Origin: Diplonema japonicum
Taxonomy: Eukaryota; Protista; Euglenozoa: Diplonemea
Reading direction: 5' to 3'
Assembly: GCA_964019335.1 (NCBI GenBank)
Contig: OZ025710.1
Location: forward strand, 62,001 to 126,000
DNA length: 64,000 nucleotides
Position 1 is the first letter of the stretch. Each line of letters begins with the position of its first letter. Of the stretch, positions 10,667 to 22,400 are shown piece after piece. The notes beneath the pieces are model-generated. The model made no database searches. It was not told the DNA's origin and worked only from the letters and a program-made list of their open reading frames with translations. A program made the position numbers and the translations under genes.

Positions 10667-12526
10667 TCACAGCCTCGTGGTGCACACGATGGCCTCATGG
10701 TCGGAGGAGCCGGAAGGTAACACTTCGTAAGAAAGCAAACCAGGCACGTCGCAGGTGTCCATGTTCTTGCACCAGCAGTGATCGATCCGTGTCCCCGCCC
10801 AGCAGGTGGGTGTTGCGTTTGAACTGCCCAGCAGAGTGTAGCCCTTGCCGCGCAGCCATGCGGTGACATCGAAGAGAGGCGGCTCCCACCCTGTCCGTTC
10901 TCTGTGTTGCCGCACTGTTTCAAGCTTCTCAGTGTCGTAGTCTGTCTCCACCAGTGCGTTGAAGTCGCCAATGAGGATCTGCTGCGCACCCTCATCCAGG
11001 TACTCAACAATGCCCCTTAGCTGCCGCATCCTCACCGCTTCCGACTGGTGGTCTAGATGCACACCCACCACATACAGGTCCTTGTGCTTAGCCACTGTGG
11101 CTCCTTCCACTTCACCCACCACACAGCATCCAACCATTGACATCCCCAGCGTTATGTTGTAACTAGGAGCCAACCAGTCCAAGCAACCTTTATGTGTTTC
11201 TGTCAAAACCAGCACGTCTGTCATCAGCTTCAACGTGTTCAGGAAAGCGGCATCTGGCGTTTGGTTGTTCATGTTATACGTCCCCACCCGCACCACACCC
11301 TGCAGCCCTTGCATTGCATCGATGGCTCTTCCGTGCTCGCCCTTCTGTAGCCACTCACGCACCCCAGGCACACGGTATTTCCATGACCCCCGGCACAGCG
11401 ACAGCACCACATCGATGTCCACCCCCTTCCTGTCCATGGCTAGAAGCACGAGATCATCGAACACCTCAACCATGCTGGGCATTGCAGGGACCTGCGACAC
11501 CTCTAAAGGTTCAAGGGGGCTTGCTTCGTGCAATCGATATCTATCCTCCGGCACCACAAGCACACCCCCGTCCACCATCAAACACTCACGAGGGACGCTT
11601 CTCGCACTGCGGTGCCCAAAAAGCCCAAGAACACCTTCAGAACCCTCAAGCACCTTTGTTCTTGCATGGTACAGCTCCCCTAAGCCAGCCAGACACGCAG
11701 GGACAGAGAGCTTCGGGTCATAAAGCCTGTCGGCTTCCTCAAGAAACGACGTTTCTACAAACAGCAAATGAGCGCCTGTTTCGAAAGCCACAAAGGCAGG
11801 GCATGCTGTAGGGTCGTGCAGCACACCTGAGAGAACGGAGGTGGCAAAGGAGAGGCTCCTCTCGGGTAGGATGTTGATGTCGTCCACAGGTGTGTGCGTC
11901 GCTCGCACAAGGTGCCTGGGGTGTGCCAGCGCATGGAGGAGGAGGTTTTTAAGGAAGGGGGCAAAGCCCTTCGAGGTGAAGAGGTGGAGACAGGGATCAA
12001 GGGGTTTCACTGCGGCTCTTGGGGTGAGGGACTCGACAGCACACTGGAGTGCTGCTGTGGAGTGCTGCATGGCGGTGAAGAGGCAGCGCATCTTCGCAAC
12101 GTCGCCTTCGTCGTCGTCACCTATGAAGGACAGGGCATAGGCCTGCACTGCTTGCGATCCGTGCCGCCACCAGCTGGCGGACCGCGCCTCGTCAGTGCCA
12201 CAGCCTTCCTCGTATTTTGACACCTCGTCCACTAGCATGCACACGGCCTCCTCGTCCGACAGCCTGTCATCAACCCCCAAGACGTCCAAGTACTCCACAA
12301 CTCTCTTCAACTTCTCGTCTGCAGCGTTCCTGCTGCCCCATGCAGAGGCGGCCCTGCAGATGTCCCCCTCAGTGTTCTCCTGCTGCTTCGTGCTGTAGTA
12401 AAAGGGCTCCACAAGCATGCCTTCTGCGTCCGTTTCTTCATCCAAAGCAAACACACCGAAGTCAGTGCAACCCCTTTCCCTTAAGTGTAACAGCACCCAG
12501 CCTACCGACAGTACCTCGTGGTGCAT
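10667..12526 (-). CDS. Protein with C-terminal endonuclease/exonuclease/phosphatase (EEP) domain and unassigned ~400-aa N-terminus
   Basis: EEP motifs GTYNMN, LVLTET, VHLDH, IGDFNA, TRIDH and SSDH in canonical order. Confidence 0.8.
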   Translation of the reverse strand: MHHEVLSVGWVLLHLRERGCTDFGVFALDEETDAEGMLVEPFYYSTKQQENTEGDICRAASAWGSRNAADEKLKRVVEYLDVLGVDDRLSDEEAVCMLVDEVSKYEEGCGTDEARSASWWRHGSQAVQAYALSFIGDDDEGDVAKMRCLFTAMQHSTAALQCAVESLTPRAAVKPLDPCLHLFTSKGFAPFLKNLLLHALAHPRHLVRATHTPVDDINILPERSLSFATSVLSGVLHDPTACPAFVAFETGAHLLFVETSFLEEADRLYDPKLSVPACLAGLGELYHARTKVLEGSEGVLGLFGHRSARSVPRECLMVDGGVLVVPEDRYRLHEASPLEPLEVSQVPAMPSMVEVFDDLVLLAMDRKGVDIDVVLSLCRGSWKYRVPGVREWLQKGEHGRAIDAMQGLQGVVRVGTYNMNNQTPDAAFLNTLKLMTDVLVLTETHKGCLDWLAPSYNITLGMSMVGCCVVGEVEGATVAKHKDLYVVGVHLDHQSEAVRMRQLRGIVEYLDEGAQQILIGDFNALVETDYDTEKLETVRQHRERTGWEPPLFDVTAWLRGKGYTLLGSSNATPTCWAGTRIDHCWCKNMDTCDVPGLLSYEVLPSGSSDHEAIVCTTRL

Positions 12527-13261
12527 ATGTTCTGGGGAGGTACAGATTTAAAAGAGGGGAAATATATATGAAAAAAAAAAAAAAGACAGGAGGGGGATAA
12601 TAATAAAGTGAAAAAAAAGGAAGGGCTCAATGGGGATGCCAAATACAGGGCTCCTCGTGAGGAGAGGGCCACGTGTTGGTTAGCAGAGCAAGATTTTTTT
12701 CTTTCCTTTTTCTCGTTCAGAAAATCGGTGTTCCCTTCTACAAGAGGAAAAAAAAAAAAAGGAGGAAAACACGATCAGGAAAAAGCAGCCTGTCTTTTTC
12801 CGTCCCTGTCCTCAAGTGTCTGAACACATTAAGTTGTAAGTGGGCACGTTTAGCCCAACCATATGGTTTTCCTTAAGCAAAAAAAAACCCCTTCTACAAT
12901 AAAGAAAAAAGAAATGTAAAAATTTAAATAAAGTGTGGAGGGGCCTTTTAAAAAAAAATTGGACGGCCACCTTTCTTTCTTCTTCTTCTTCTTTTTTTTT
13001 TGACATTTTTTTTTATCCCCCCTGATTGTGATGTGTGATAATTACACACAGGATGAAAAGAAAAAGAGAGAGAGAAAAGAAGAAGAAAAAGCTGTGTTTT
13101 CACCCATTTGGTGTTGCCTTTTGGAAAAAGTATTTTAATTGGGCTTCTTTTTTTTTCTTCTTTTTTTCTGTTTTGTTTACAGCGGGCACCCACAAACCTT
13201 CATGGTGTCACCTCCCTTCGGTTGGAAGGGAAGACACAGAAGGGTATAAAGTATAAAAAGG

Positions 13262-13309
<48 letters not shown>

Positions 13310-14488
13310 GTTGTTTGCAGAAAGGGAGGGGAGGTAAGGGAGATAAAAAACAAAACCAAATTCTGCTACTCTTTTTTTTTTTTTTTTTTTTTTTTTTTCA
13401 GTTTTACTTCTTCCTTCTTCTTCTGCCTCAAAGGGCTTTTTTTTTTTAAAAAGTAGATAGGTTTTTTTTTTTTTTTTGAAACATCTGGCTTGAGGGAATT
13501 TAAACCCTTATTAATTTAAAATACGGTACTTACCCCCCCCCCCCCCCCCCCTCTCCTCCCTTCTTCTACTGATGAAAAGCATGACACCAGGAGCTGTTCT
13601 CTGTGTTTCCTTAATTTTTCATATTTTTTTTTTGTTTGCAGGAAAAATAGGAACGGGGCGAAGTTTTTTAAAAAGAAAAATTGCTACATACTTACGAGGA
13701 GATTGCCTCCTCCCTAACAGGAATACACGGAAAGTAAAAAAGAGAGAACATTCTGTGATTTCTTTTTCTTTTTCTTAAAGATCCTGTATAAATTTGTATC
13801 CCCCCCCTCCCTCCCAGCGGTATGATTTGCATCACCAAATTGGTAAAAACTGCAATCATTTCAAACAAACAAAAAAAAAAAGGAGTTTGCGAACTACCGA
13901 GGAGCGGACCAAAAAAAAACAAAAGAAAAAAAAAATGACTCGGCAGATAAAAAAAAAGTGTTAAATAGGTTTGTTTTAAGGTATGAAGGACAAGTCTCTT
14001 CTTAGAGGAAATGAGAATGAAAAAAAAAAAGAAATCTCCTATCCCCAGGCACAACAACAACAAAAAGAAGAAAGAGACAATGCAAGGAGAGAACTATTAT
14101 CAACGCCAACGTCGGCAAAGAGTGTGTGCTTCCGTTGTTGTTCCTTCTTGAGGACTGATTCTTCTCACCGTTTTTCTTTTTTTTTTTTTTTTTCTTTTAT
14201 TCTTTTTTTTTTCTCCCCTCTTTTTTTGCTTGTGCCTATTGGAAAAAGTGAAATATTCGAAGGGCGGAAATAAAAAAAAAAAAAAAAATGTGATCCCAAA
14301 TAAAAAGAAAACCGGTATTTTTATCTTATTTTTTCCTACTCATTTCATCGTTCGTTGCGGGAGAAAGAAGAAAAAAAAAATGGGGCTTTGATTGCCAAAA
14401 AAAAGAAAAAAAAAGAAAAAGAAAATAGAATTAAATATCTTTTCTTTGATTCTTAATAGGAAAGTAAAGTCAACGAGACGAGACGAGC

Positions 14489-15535
14489 TCAGATGACACC
14501 TGTGGCAGGCTGGCTGTCAAGCACCGACCTCCTGTACAAGGGTGGCCTGGCTTCAAGAGCAACTGCCAAGATGGGGACTGCCAGGAAGATGAGGTAAGTC
14601 CCCACACACCGAATGGACAAGGTGAGCAGCGCTAGGCTGCGGGACTCCATGTGGGGATGCTTGACATGATGGGCAGAGGAAAGCATGAGCACCTGCATGA
14701 TCTCGCCGGCGGCCTGTACCACCACACCAAACACCATGACTCCGGAGCCGAGGGTCCTCACCTCTTGCAGCATCAGCCCAGCACCCACCACCACTAAGGC
14801 ACCTCCCGCAGCAATGCACGATAGGTTAGCCACTGTGATAGGGTACTCGGGGTACACACCATGCACCATGATGCCGTTCACAGTGCTCAAGGGGAGCGCA
14901 ATGGCTTCAAAGGAGGTAACCAGTACCACTGTCCACAGCATGCATGTCACAGACCCCTGCACAACCCTTGCCTTCAGAGGTGCGCAGTTCACTACCTTGG
15001 CGTAGCACACTGGCAGCACGAAGGTCGCGAGCACCGCTGCCAACTCCTTCAACTGGAACCAGACTAGTGTGTCGTGCCAGCTGCACTTTGCTGTCATGGT
15101 CTCCGCGTCCAGCCGAAAGTTGCAGTACGCGGCGGACAGTTTGTACGTGACAGGCGTGTGCCAGGCAAGCAGCAGGGCGTCCAGCTGCGCCAGAGACCTG
15201 ACAAGGGCAGTGAAGGCAACAGCTGTGGTGCCCGTCTTCATGCCGCCCCTGGTCCTGTTCACCAGCATGTGCAGCATGCAGAACAACACCAACACCGTCT
15301 CCACACAACAGGCAACGGTTTTAACAACCCCTCTACCACCGCCTCCTCTGACCATCCCTTCCCCCAAGGCCTCCACCATTAACCCAATGCACATAAGGCA
15401 TGTCCCAAGCTTCAGCAGCCTGTTGTCCCCCACCTCCACCATGAGGCTTTGGAAGTACCCCTCTTCGCCTTCCTCAGTAGACAGCGTGTTGCTTGAGGAG
15501 AGGCTGCGCTGCGAGCATGCTCTGCGGGTGGCCAT
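14489..15535 (-). CDS. Multi-pass membrane protein, function unknown
   Basis: 348-aa ORF with about 7-8 hydrophobic segments and GC-rich coding composition between AT-rich spacers. Confidence 0.75.
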   Translation of the reverse strand: MATRRACSQRSLSSSNTLSTEEGEEGYFQSLMVEVGDNRLLKLGTCLMCIGLMVEALGEGMVRGGGGRGVVKTVACCVETVLVLFCMLHMLVNRTRGGMKTGTTAVAFTALVRSLAQLDALLLAWHTPVTYKLSAAYCNFRLDAETMTAKCSWHDTLVWFQLKELAAVLATFVLPVCYAKVVNCAPLKARVVQGSVTCMLWTVVLVTSFEAIALPLSTVNGIMVHGVYPEYPITVANLSCIAAGGALVVVGAGLMLQEVRTLGSGVMVFGVVVQAAGEIMQVLMLSSAHHVKHPHMESRSLALLTLSIRCVGTYLIFLAVPILAVALEARPPLYRRSVLDSQPATGVI

Positions 15536-15645
15536 GCTGCCTGTGGGGGGGTGGAGGAGTCATAAAAGGAAAAAGAAAGAGAAAAAAAAAAAGAAAACGC
15601 TATTTAGTACGACAACTCAGAAGAGGCGTCTCGGGCTTATAGACA

Positions 15646-16953
15646 TCAGCATGTAGGGATGGCGGGCAGCCTGCTTTTCTCTGATTGGATCTTGACAAGG
15701 CGCACCTGCTCCCTTACTGCTTGGTCCTCTTCGATCATCTTCTGCCTGTTTGCCTTCCACTTCTTGAAGTGTGTCTCGTCGAGCTGCTTTGCGTCCGCAG
15801 CTTGTTGAGCTTGCTTTTCTTTAACAAGCTGGATGGCCATGTTCTGCTTCTTCTCTTGTGTGAGCCGCAGATGCCTCTCACGCTCTTTTACCATCGACTT
15901 CTCCTTTTCCAGCCTCTCAACATACCGTCTCTCGTAGTTTTCCCTGTCCTGCTGTGCCCTCTCTTCTCGTTCTTTGGCAAGCTTCTCCTCGCACTCCTTA
16001 GCATCTTTCCCTATCTCGTCAGTGAGCTTGTCCAGCACGCTTGCCAGTGTTGTATTCATTCGTTCTGACCTGCCATGCTCCAGCTCCCTGCGCCGCTTCT
16101 CAGCATCATCCTTTCGCTTTGCGCGCTCTGCTTGCAGCTTGCTCTCCCTCGCCTTCTCAAGCATAGTCAGCGTCTCCGTCCTGCGTACCGTCTCCCTTGC
16201 GGCTTCCTCCCGCACCTCATTCAACACTTTCGACTCCTCCATGTGCCTCCTCTCTTCCTCTAGCTGTCTTTCAAGCATCTTCCTCTGCACCGCCTCTGCT
16301 TCTTCCTTTTGCACTTCAAGCACCGCCTTCTTTTCGTTTTCAACTCTTTCCTTCCTGCGGATCTCATGCTTTTCGCATGACTCTAGGTGCTTCCTCTCCC
16401 TCTCTGCCCTCTTCGACAGGATCTTTGCGACGTTCGCATCCCTCTTCTTCTGCAAGGCCTCGACCTGTGCCTGTCGCTCCTGGATGTACTCCTTAATCTT
16501 CTTCCGCGATTGCTCTGTTTGTGGGTCCTTGTTTGCATCCTTCTCAGGAGTCTGTTTTTCTTGCTTGGTGCTTGCAGGTAAAGGTGCTGCTTTGGTGCAC
16601 GCATCCAATGGCACGGGCTCTGGAGTTGGAGTGGGCTGCACAGGCAGCATGCACAGCATGTACGGGAAGGTCAAGCCCTGGTTGCTGAGGAGCGTGTTCA
16701 CCTCGATCTTGGGTGCGTCTAGGTCAGGCGACCCGTCACCCTTCGCAGAGACCACCGTCCAGTCCTTCTCTGCAGTGGTCTTCTCCTTTTCTTTGTTGTG
16801 TCTTTCCACAGCTAGGCTCAGCACGTCTCGCCCAAGAGACTCGTTCCCCACCCTCAGGATCAACGGCGCCTGTCCTCCCTTCTTGCCCCCATCCCGCACA
16901 TAAACCTGCACAATGTAGTACTGCTGCTCCTCCTCGGCACCTTCTACAGTCAT
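15646..16953 (-). CDS. Protein with N-terminal ubiquitin-fold/CRIM-like domain and long E/K/R coiled coil
   Basis: First ATG at 16953. WTVVSAKGDGSPDLDAPKIE resembles the SIN1 CRIM signature; the C-terminal two-thirds is charged and helical. Confidence 0.7.
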   Translation of the reverse strand: MTVEGAEEEQQYYIVQVYVRDGGKKGGQAPLILRVGNESLGRDVLSLAVERHNKEKEKTTAEKDWTVVSAKGDGSPDLDAPKIEVNTLLSNQGLTFPYMLCMLPVQPTPTPEPVPLDACTKAAPLPASTKQEKQTPEKDANKDPQTEQSRKKIKEYIQERQAQVEALQKKRDANVAKILSKRAERERKHLESCEKHEIRRKERVENEKKAVLEVQKEEAEAVQRKMLERQLEEERRHMEESKVLNEVREEAARETVRRTETLTMLEKARESKLQAERAKRKDDAEKRRRELEHGRSERMNTTLASVLDKLTDEIGKDAKECEEKLAKEREERAQQDRENYERRYVERLEKEKSMVKERERHLRLTQEKKQNMAIQLVKEKQAQQAADAKQLDETHFKKWKANRQKMIEEDQAVREQVRLVKIQSEKSRLPAIPTC

Positions 16954-17168
16954 TCTTTTTCCCACAAATTGCGTGTAACCTGTGGTGACGAAGAGAAGAG
17001 AAAGTACTTCTTCAGGTTGCTATAAACACTAGGTAATCTCTAGACTTAGGGGTTTAGAAGAAACGGGGAATAAAGAAGAGAAAACAAAAAAAGAACCTTC
17101 TCCAGTTCATGGGAGGGTGGGGGAGAATCCAAATCCAGAAGAGAAAAAGAAGAAAAAAAAATCAAATC

Positions 17169-18256
17169 TTAAATGTACCCAGTGGAGGCAACGTCGTACT
17201 GCTCCATGAGGTACTTGCCGTATGTCTTGAGCATGGGAACGCCTCGCACCTCGTTGGTAAGGAGGGGCATTTTTGTGACGTGGAAGTCCTCGTAGAGGTC
17301 GTGGATCTGTTCCATGTACTTGCTTTGGATCCGCTTGCGTGACTCTAGCAGAGGGTGCGGCGCCTCGCCCTGTGTGTGTGTTTATATTGTCAATAAGCCC
17401 ACCCCCACCCCTCACCCCAACACACCGGAACGGTTTGTATCACCTGGTTGACGATGATGTTTTGCACGTCTATTTTGTACTTGCAGAGTTCCTGGACGAG
17501 GCGCTCTGTCTCATAGACAGGAAGGAACTCAGGGATGCAGACAGGGATGAAGGTGGTGAGCTTGTTGTCTTGGAACTGCACTTGTACCTGTTTGAGGGTC
17601 TGGGCGAAACCCTTGGTGGCGTCCTTGATCTCGTCGGAGGTCAGGCCAGTGGAGGAGGACACGAGGGACCCAGCCTGCGTGAGCAGCCCCCCGATCCCAC
17701 TGACAGAGGACAGCTTGTCAATGGTTTCGTTGATGGTGTGCGGGAGCGCGAGCAAGCGGAGGGTGTGCCCTGTAGGTGCTGTGTCGAAGACGGTCACGTC
17801 GTAGTTCAGACGCTTCACCTCGTTCATGATGTGCACCAGCACGGACACCTCGTCGATGCCGGGGAGGGACATGAAGGCATCCTTAATGGTTGAAAGGGCA
17901 CCTGCCATCCCGTCATCATTAGCACCCCCTCCGAATTTGTCAAGGATGTTCTGTGTAAGCTCCTTGACCCCCTGCGGGTCGATCTCCATGGCCTCAAGAC
18001 CGGCCACTCCCTCGACCTTTGTGGGGGTCCTCCCGAACTTCTGGTTGAACGCGTCGCTGAGGTTGTGGGCAGGGTCCGTCGAGATCAGCAGGACCTTCCT
18101 CTGTCTTCCTTCCTTCGGCATCCCTGCCAGCACTGTTGCCAGCGAGCAGCTCGAGGTGGTCTTCCCTACCCCTCCCTTCCCACCCACGAACACCCACTGC
18201 AGCTTGTCATTCTCCACAAGGTTCTCCAGCGTCGGCTTCAAATCTTCGTCTTCCAT
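17169..18256 (-). CDS. GET3: GET3/ArsA (TRC40) ATPase for tail-anchored protein insertion; two exons (18256-17426, 17369-17169), 343 aa
   Basis: Motifs FVGGKGGVGKTT, STDPAHNLSDAF, DTAPTGHTLRLL and IIVNQ. The spliced last exon gives the conserved IQSKYMEQIHDLYEDFHVTKMPLLTNEVRG. Confidence 0.95.
17370..17425 (-). other. 56-nt cis intron in GET3
   Basis: GTGTGT...CTTATTGAC...ACACACACAG; its removal restores the conserved GET3 C-terminus in frame. Confidence 0.9.
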
Positions 18257-19477
18257 TGTTTTTTTTTGTATTCGGTTTTTTTTAAATCCTCCTGTGACAT
18301 TTGTGTGCACGAAAAAGAGGAAAAAGTAAAAAAAGAAATTGGGGAGAAAGAATGGCGGGTCATGAGGTTGGTCTTTGGGAAGGGGGAGGGAGGGGGTTGA
18401 ATACAAAAAGAGCTCATCTTTCTTTTTTTTTTGTTTTGTTTTTCCTCTCACTTCCCCCCCCCCCCCCCCCCTTCTTTCTTTTGTTCCTTCCTATCAATTC
18501 TTTTTTTCTTCTTGCCTTTAGATGTTGGAAAAAATATGGATAACTGAAAGGAGAACACCCTTGTGGCAAAAATTAAGCGTCGTGCAAGAAAAGTAAAGAC
18601 GATAGGCAAAGGGGCCGCGCTGCTGGGCCGAACGGCCCAAAACAAGCAGGTAAGGGTAGGGGCGGCATTGTGGTAGGGTGGTTTGCTCCATTCTTCTTCT
18701 TCTTCTTGCCGCCCACACTGTCGAGGGAAAGAAAGAAAGAAAAAAAGAGAGAGAGAAAAGAGGGGGAAATAGGGGGGGGGGGGGGGGGGGGGATACTACT
18801 GTTCGTGCTCTGTCGTGGAAGAAGAGGCCTTCATGCTATTTTTTTTTTTTTTAAATTTGTGTTCTTTCACATACCTTCTCTTCACGACTTTGCCAGTCAC
18901 ACTAAACAAACTCACAGGAGCGCAGCCTGCAGTGGCCTTTACGGTTGTGCGCTTCGATTTCATATTATTTTTTTCCCCCTCCTATATGAGTTTTTTTTTT
19001 TTGGATACAAAAATATTTGAAGGAGAAAAAAAAAAGGTTGGGAGGGGGCATAGGAACGGGCGGGGGACAATTTCTTTTTTTTGAGGGGGGAAAAAAAAGA
19101 AACGATTGTGGTAAACAGAAACAAGACGGGTTCACCCCCCTTCCTCTTCTTTCTTTTTTTCCCTCCCCTTCTTTTTTCTCTTTTTTTTTTTGTATAACGT
19201 TATCTCACCTTCTAAAAAAGGGGGCCAGAAAAGGGCACCCACACATTTTTTTTTCTCCTACCCCCACTTTTTTCCTCCTCTTTTCTTTCTCAAAAAAAAA
19301 AAACTCAAAGTGCAGGACAAACCCCCTCATGGAGGGCCGCCCTTCAAAAAAAAAAAAAAAAAAAAAAAGAACGAGAAATAAAAGAAAAGAAAATGAAGGC
19401 TTCCTTTTTTTTTACGGGGTTACAACCTCGAAGGTAGAGTCTTCTTCTCTTTTTTTTAAAATCCCAAAATCTAAATC

Positions 19478-22400
19478 CTAAACAGACTTGCGCATTCTGC
19501 TGCTATCGAACGCACTACCAGGCAAGCTAGGTGGGGGGCAGCTCTGTCTTCCGTTACCCCTCCCGCTTTCCTGCAGCTTTTGCAGGATTTTATTGTCTTC
19601 AGATGGCTTGTGGAAGGTACTGGGTTTTTTATTTATTATTATTATTATTTTTTTATTTCCATACTCCTCTCGCAGCCTCTTGGTTCTCTCCATCATTACC
19701 TCCTTCTTGGTTTGGAAGAGGAGCTTCAGCCGCTGGAACTTCTCTGCAGTCGTTTCCTGCATCTTCTTGTTGCTCTCCAGGTCCTTTTGGTACTGTTTAC
19801 AGGCTAAGCAATCCTCGTCTCTCTTTCGTTTCATGCCCACCTTGGCTGTCTGCGCAGCCCTGGTTGCCTCTTTGACCTTGTCCTGCATAACCACGAGCAC
19901 GCCATCCTTCTCGAGGTTATCCTTCTTCAGCGCTTTGTTGGTCACATGCAAGTCCTTCACTTCCTTCTTCAAAGAAACTTCGTTGTGCTCCCTGAACGCC
20001 TTCATCTGTTCCAGTTCCCTCTGTGCCTTGATCAGCTCCACGTCTCTCTGTTTCAGCAGTCCTTGCATGGCGTCTATGTTGCCCTGCTGGCTCGACACTT
20101 CGCTCCTCTCTTCAGCCATGCGCTGCATCTTCGCTTTTGCCTCCTCCAGTTCTTTCTCAGCACCGCTACCTGCTGCCTTCAACGAGGTTATTCCCCTCTC
20201 AAGCTTTAAAGTCTCCTTTTTGCTCTCTTCCAGCTTTTCTTTGAGCCCCGCCTTTTCCATTTGCAGCTTCATCACCTCACGAGCCTTCCCTGCAGCCTCC
20301 TCACGTTCCTGTTCCATCTCAGCCATCTTGTCATCTTGCTCCTTCACAGTGCTGGCAAGGTTCGCCATTTTCAATTCCAAAGCCTTGCTCTTGTCTTCAG
20401 CTTTCTTGCTCTGTTGTTCACTGGCTTCAAGTTGCTTTTCAAGATCAGCCACCTGTGTTGCGAAGGCTTTGCTCTTGTCCGTCGCATGCTTGAGGTCGTG
20501 TTGCACTTGCTGTGCATCCTTCAGCTCAGCCTGAAGCTTCTTCGCCTCCTCTGCTGCCTTCGCCACCTGACTTTCCTTTGCTTGTGTTGCCTTCGTCATC
20601 TCGGCAAGCTTCGCTTCAACTGAAGACTTCTCACCAGTGAGCTGCTTCACCTCCTTCTCCGACTGCTTCCTTGCATCGTCTGTCTTCTTCAGCTCAACTT
20701 GAAGCTTCTTCAGTTCCTCTGCCCCCTTCGCCTTCTCCTGAGATGATTGGCTTTCCTTGGCTTGTGCGGATTTCATTGCCTCAGCAAGCTTCCCAGCCAA
20801 AGAGGACTTTTCTTCACTGAGCTGTTTTGCTTGCACCTCAAGCTTCGTGTGCTGTGCCACCTGATCAGAGGACTTCTTCTTCAGGTCGTTGAGCTCAGTC
20901 TGAAGGGTGCTGCCATGCTTCTTCTCGTCTGCAACCTTTTGCTCAGAAGCTGACAGGGACTTCTTTGCTTCCACCAACTGTGCCTGCAGGGCGCTCTTTT
21001 CACTGGCTGCCTTTTGCTGCACGTCACCTGCCTCCTTCTCGTGCTTCTTGAAACTTGCTTCTGATACCTTCTTCAAGTCTGCTATCTGTGTCTCGAGTGC
21101 CTTGCAGTCCTTTGCTAGTGTTGCCTTCTCATTCGACACTTGTTTGAAGTCCTCATCAGCCTGCTTCTTGATGTCTTGCTGTTTCTTTAACTCAGCCTGA
21201 AGCTTCTTCACTTCCCCTTCGGCAGCCCTCTTTTCGTCAGCAGCCTTCTTCGCATCTTCGTGATTTGCCATCTCCAGGTCCTCGAGCGTTGTCCTTGCTT
21301 GTGCAGATTGTTTAGAATGCTCTGCTTTCTGTGCCGCGAGCTCATCTTCAAGGGACTTGCAGTTCTTTTCCAGCTCTGTCCTTTCTGTCATCGCTCGTTT
21401 TCCGGTTTCTTGCTGCTTCACCATCTCAGCTCGCAGCTTCTTGAGCTCAGCCTCAAGAGAAGACTTCTCGCTGGTGAGCTTTTTGGACTGCACATTGACC
21501 TTCTCGAGCATGTCTATGCGCTCTGTGTACTCCGCTGCCTGCTTAGCTGACGCTTTCTTCATCTCGTCTACTTGGGACTTCAAGGAGCTTGCCTGCTTCT
21601 GGCTGTCTGCAGACTTCTTTTGCATTTGTTCTACGTCAGCATGTGCCTTCAGTATATCGTTTTTGAGTGTATTGCAGTCCTTCGAGAGTGTTGCCTTTTC
21701 ATTTGACACTTGTTTGAAGTCCTCATCACCCTGCTTCTTGATGTCTTGTTGCTTCTTCAGCTCAGCCTGAAGCGTCTTCACATCCTCTGCTGCCTTCGCC
21801 ACCTGACCTTCCTTTGTCTGTGATGTCTTCGTCATCTCAGCTAGCTTCGCTTCAACTGAAGACTTCTCACCAGTGAGCTGCTTCACGTGCTCATCCGCCT
21901 GCTTCTTCAGGTGCTCAAGCTTCGTGAGCTGTGCCACCTGATCAGAGGACTTCTTCTTCAGGTCGTTGAGCTCAGTCTGAAGGGTGATGCCATGCTTCTT
22001 CTCGTCTGCAACCTTTTGCTCAGAAGCTGACAGGGACTTCTTTGCTTCCACCAACTGTGCCTGCAGGGCGCTCTTTTCACTGGCTGCCTTTTGCTGCACG
22101 TCACCTGCCTCCTTCTCGTGCTTCTTGAAACTTGCTTCTGATACCTTCTTCAAGTCTGCTATCTGTGTCTCGAGTGCCTTGCAGTCCTTTGCTAGTGTTG
22201 CCTTCTCATTCGACACTTGTTTGAAGTCCTCATCAGCCTGCTTCTTGATGTCTTGTTGCTTCTTCAGCTCAGCCTGAAGCTTCCTCGCCTCTTCCGCTGT
22301 CTTTGCCTCAACGACACCTTTTTCGCTAACAAGCTTCTTGTACTGCACCTCATGGTCAGATGATCTTTTCTTCATCTCGTCAAAGTCAGTTTGCAGAGTC

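Noticed and set aside
12608-14273. K/F-rich ORFs in long spacers (also 18.3-19.5, 56.5-57.0, 58.8-60.2, 62.3-63.2 kb)
   Set aside because: They are translations of A/T homopolymer runs.
18624-18638. GC hairpin GGGCCGAACGGCCC as an ncRNA or terminator
   Set aside because: Isolated short stem with no snoRNA boxes or tRNA-like fold.
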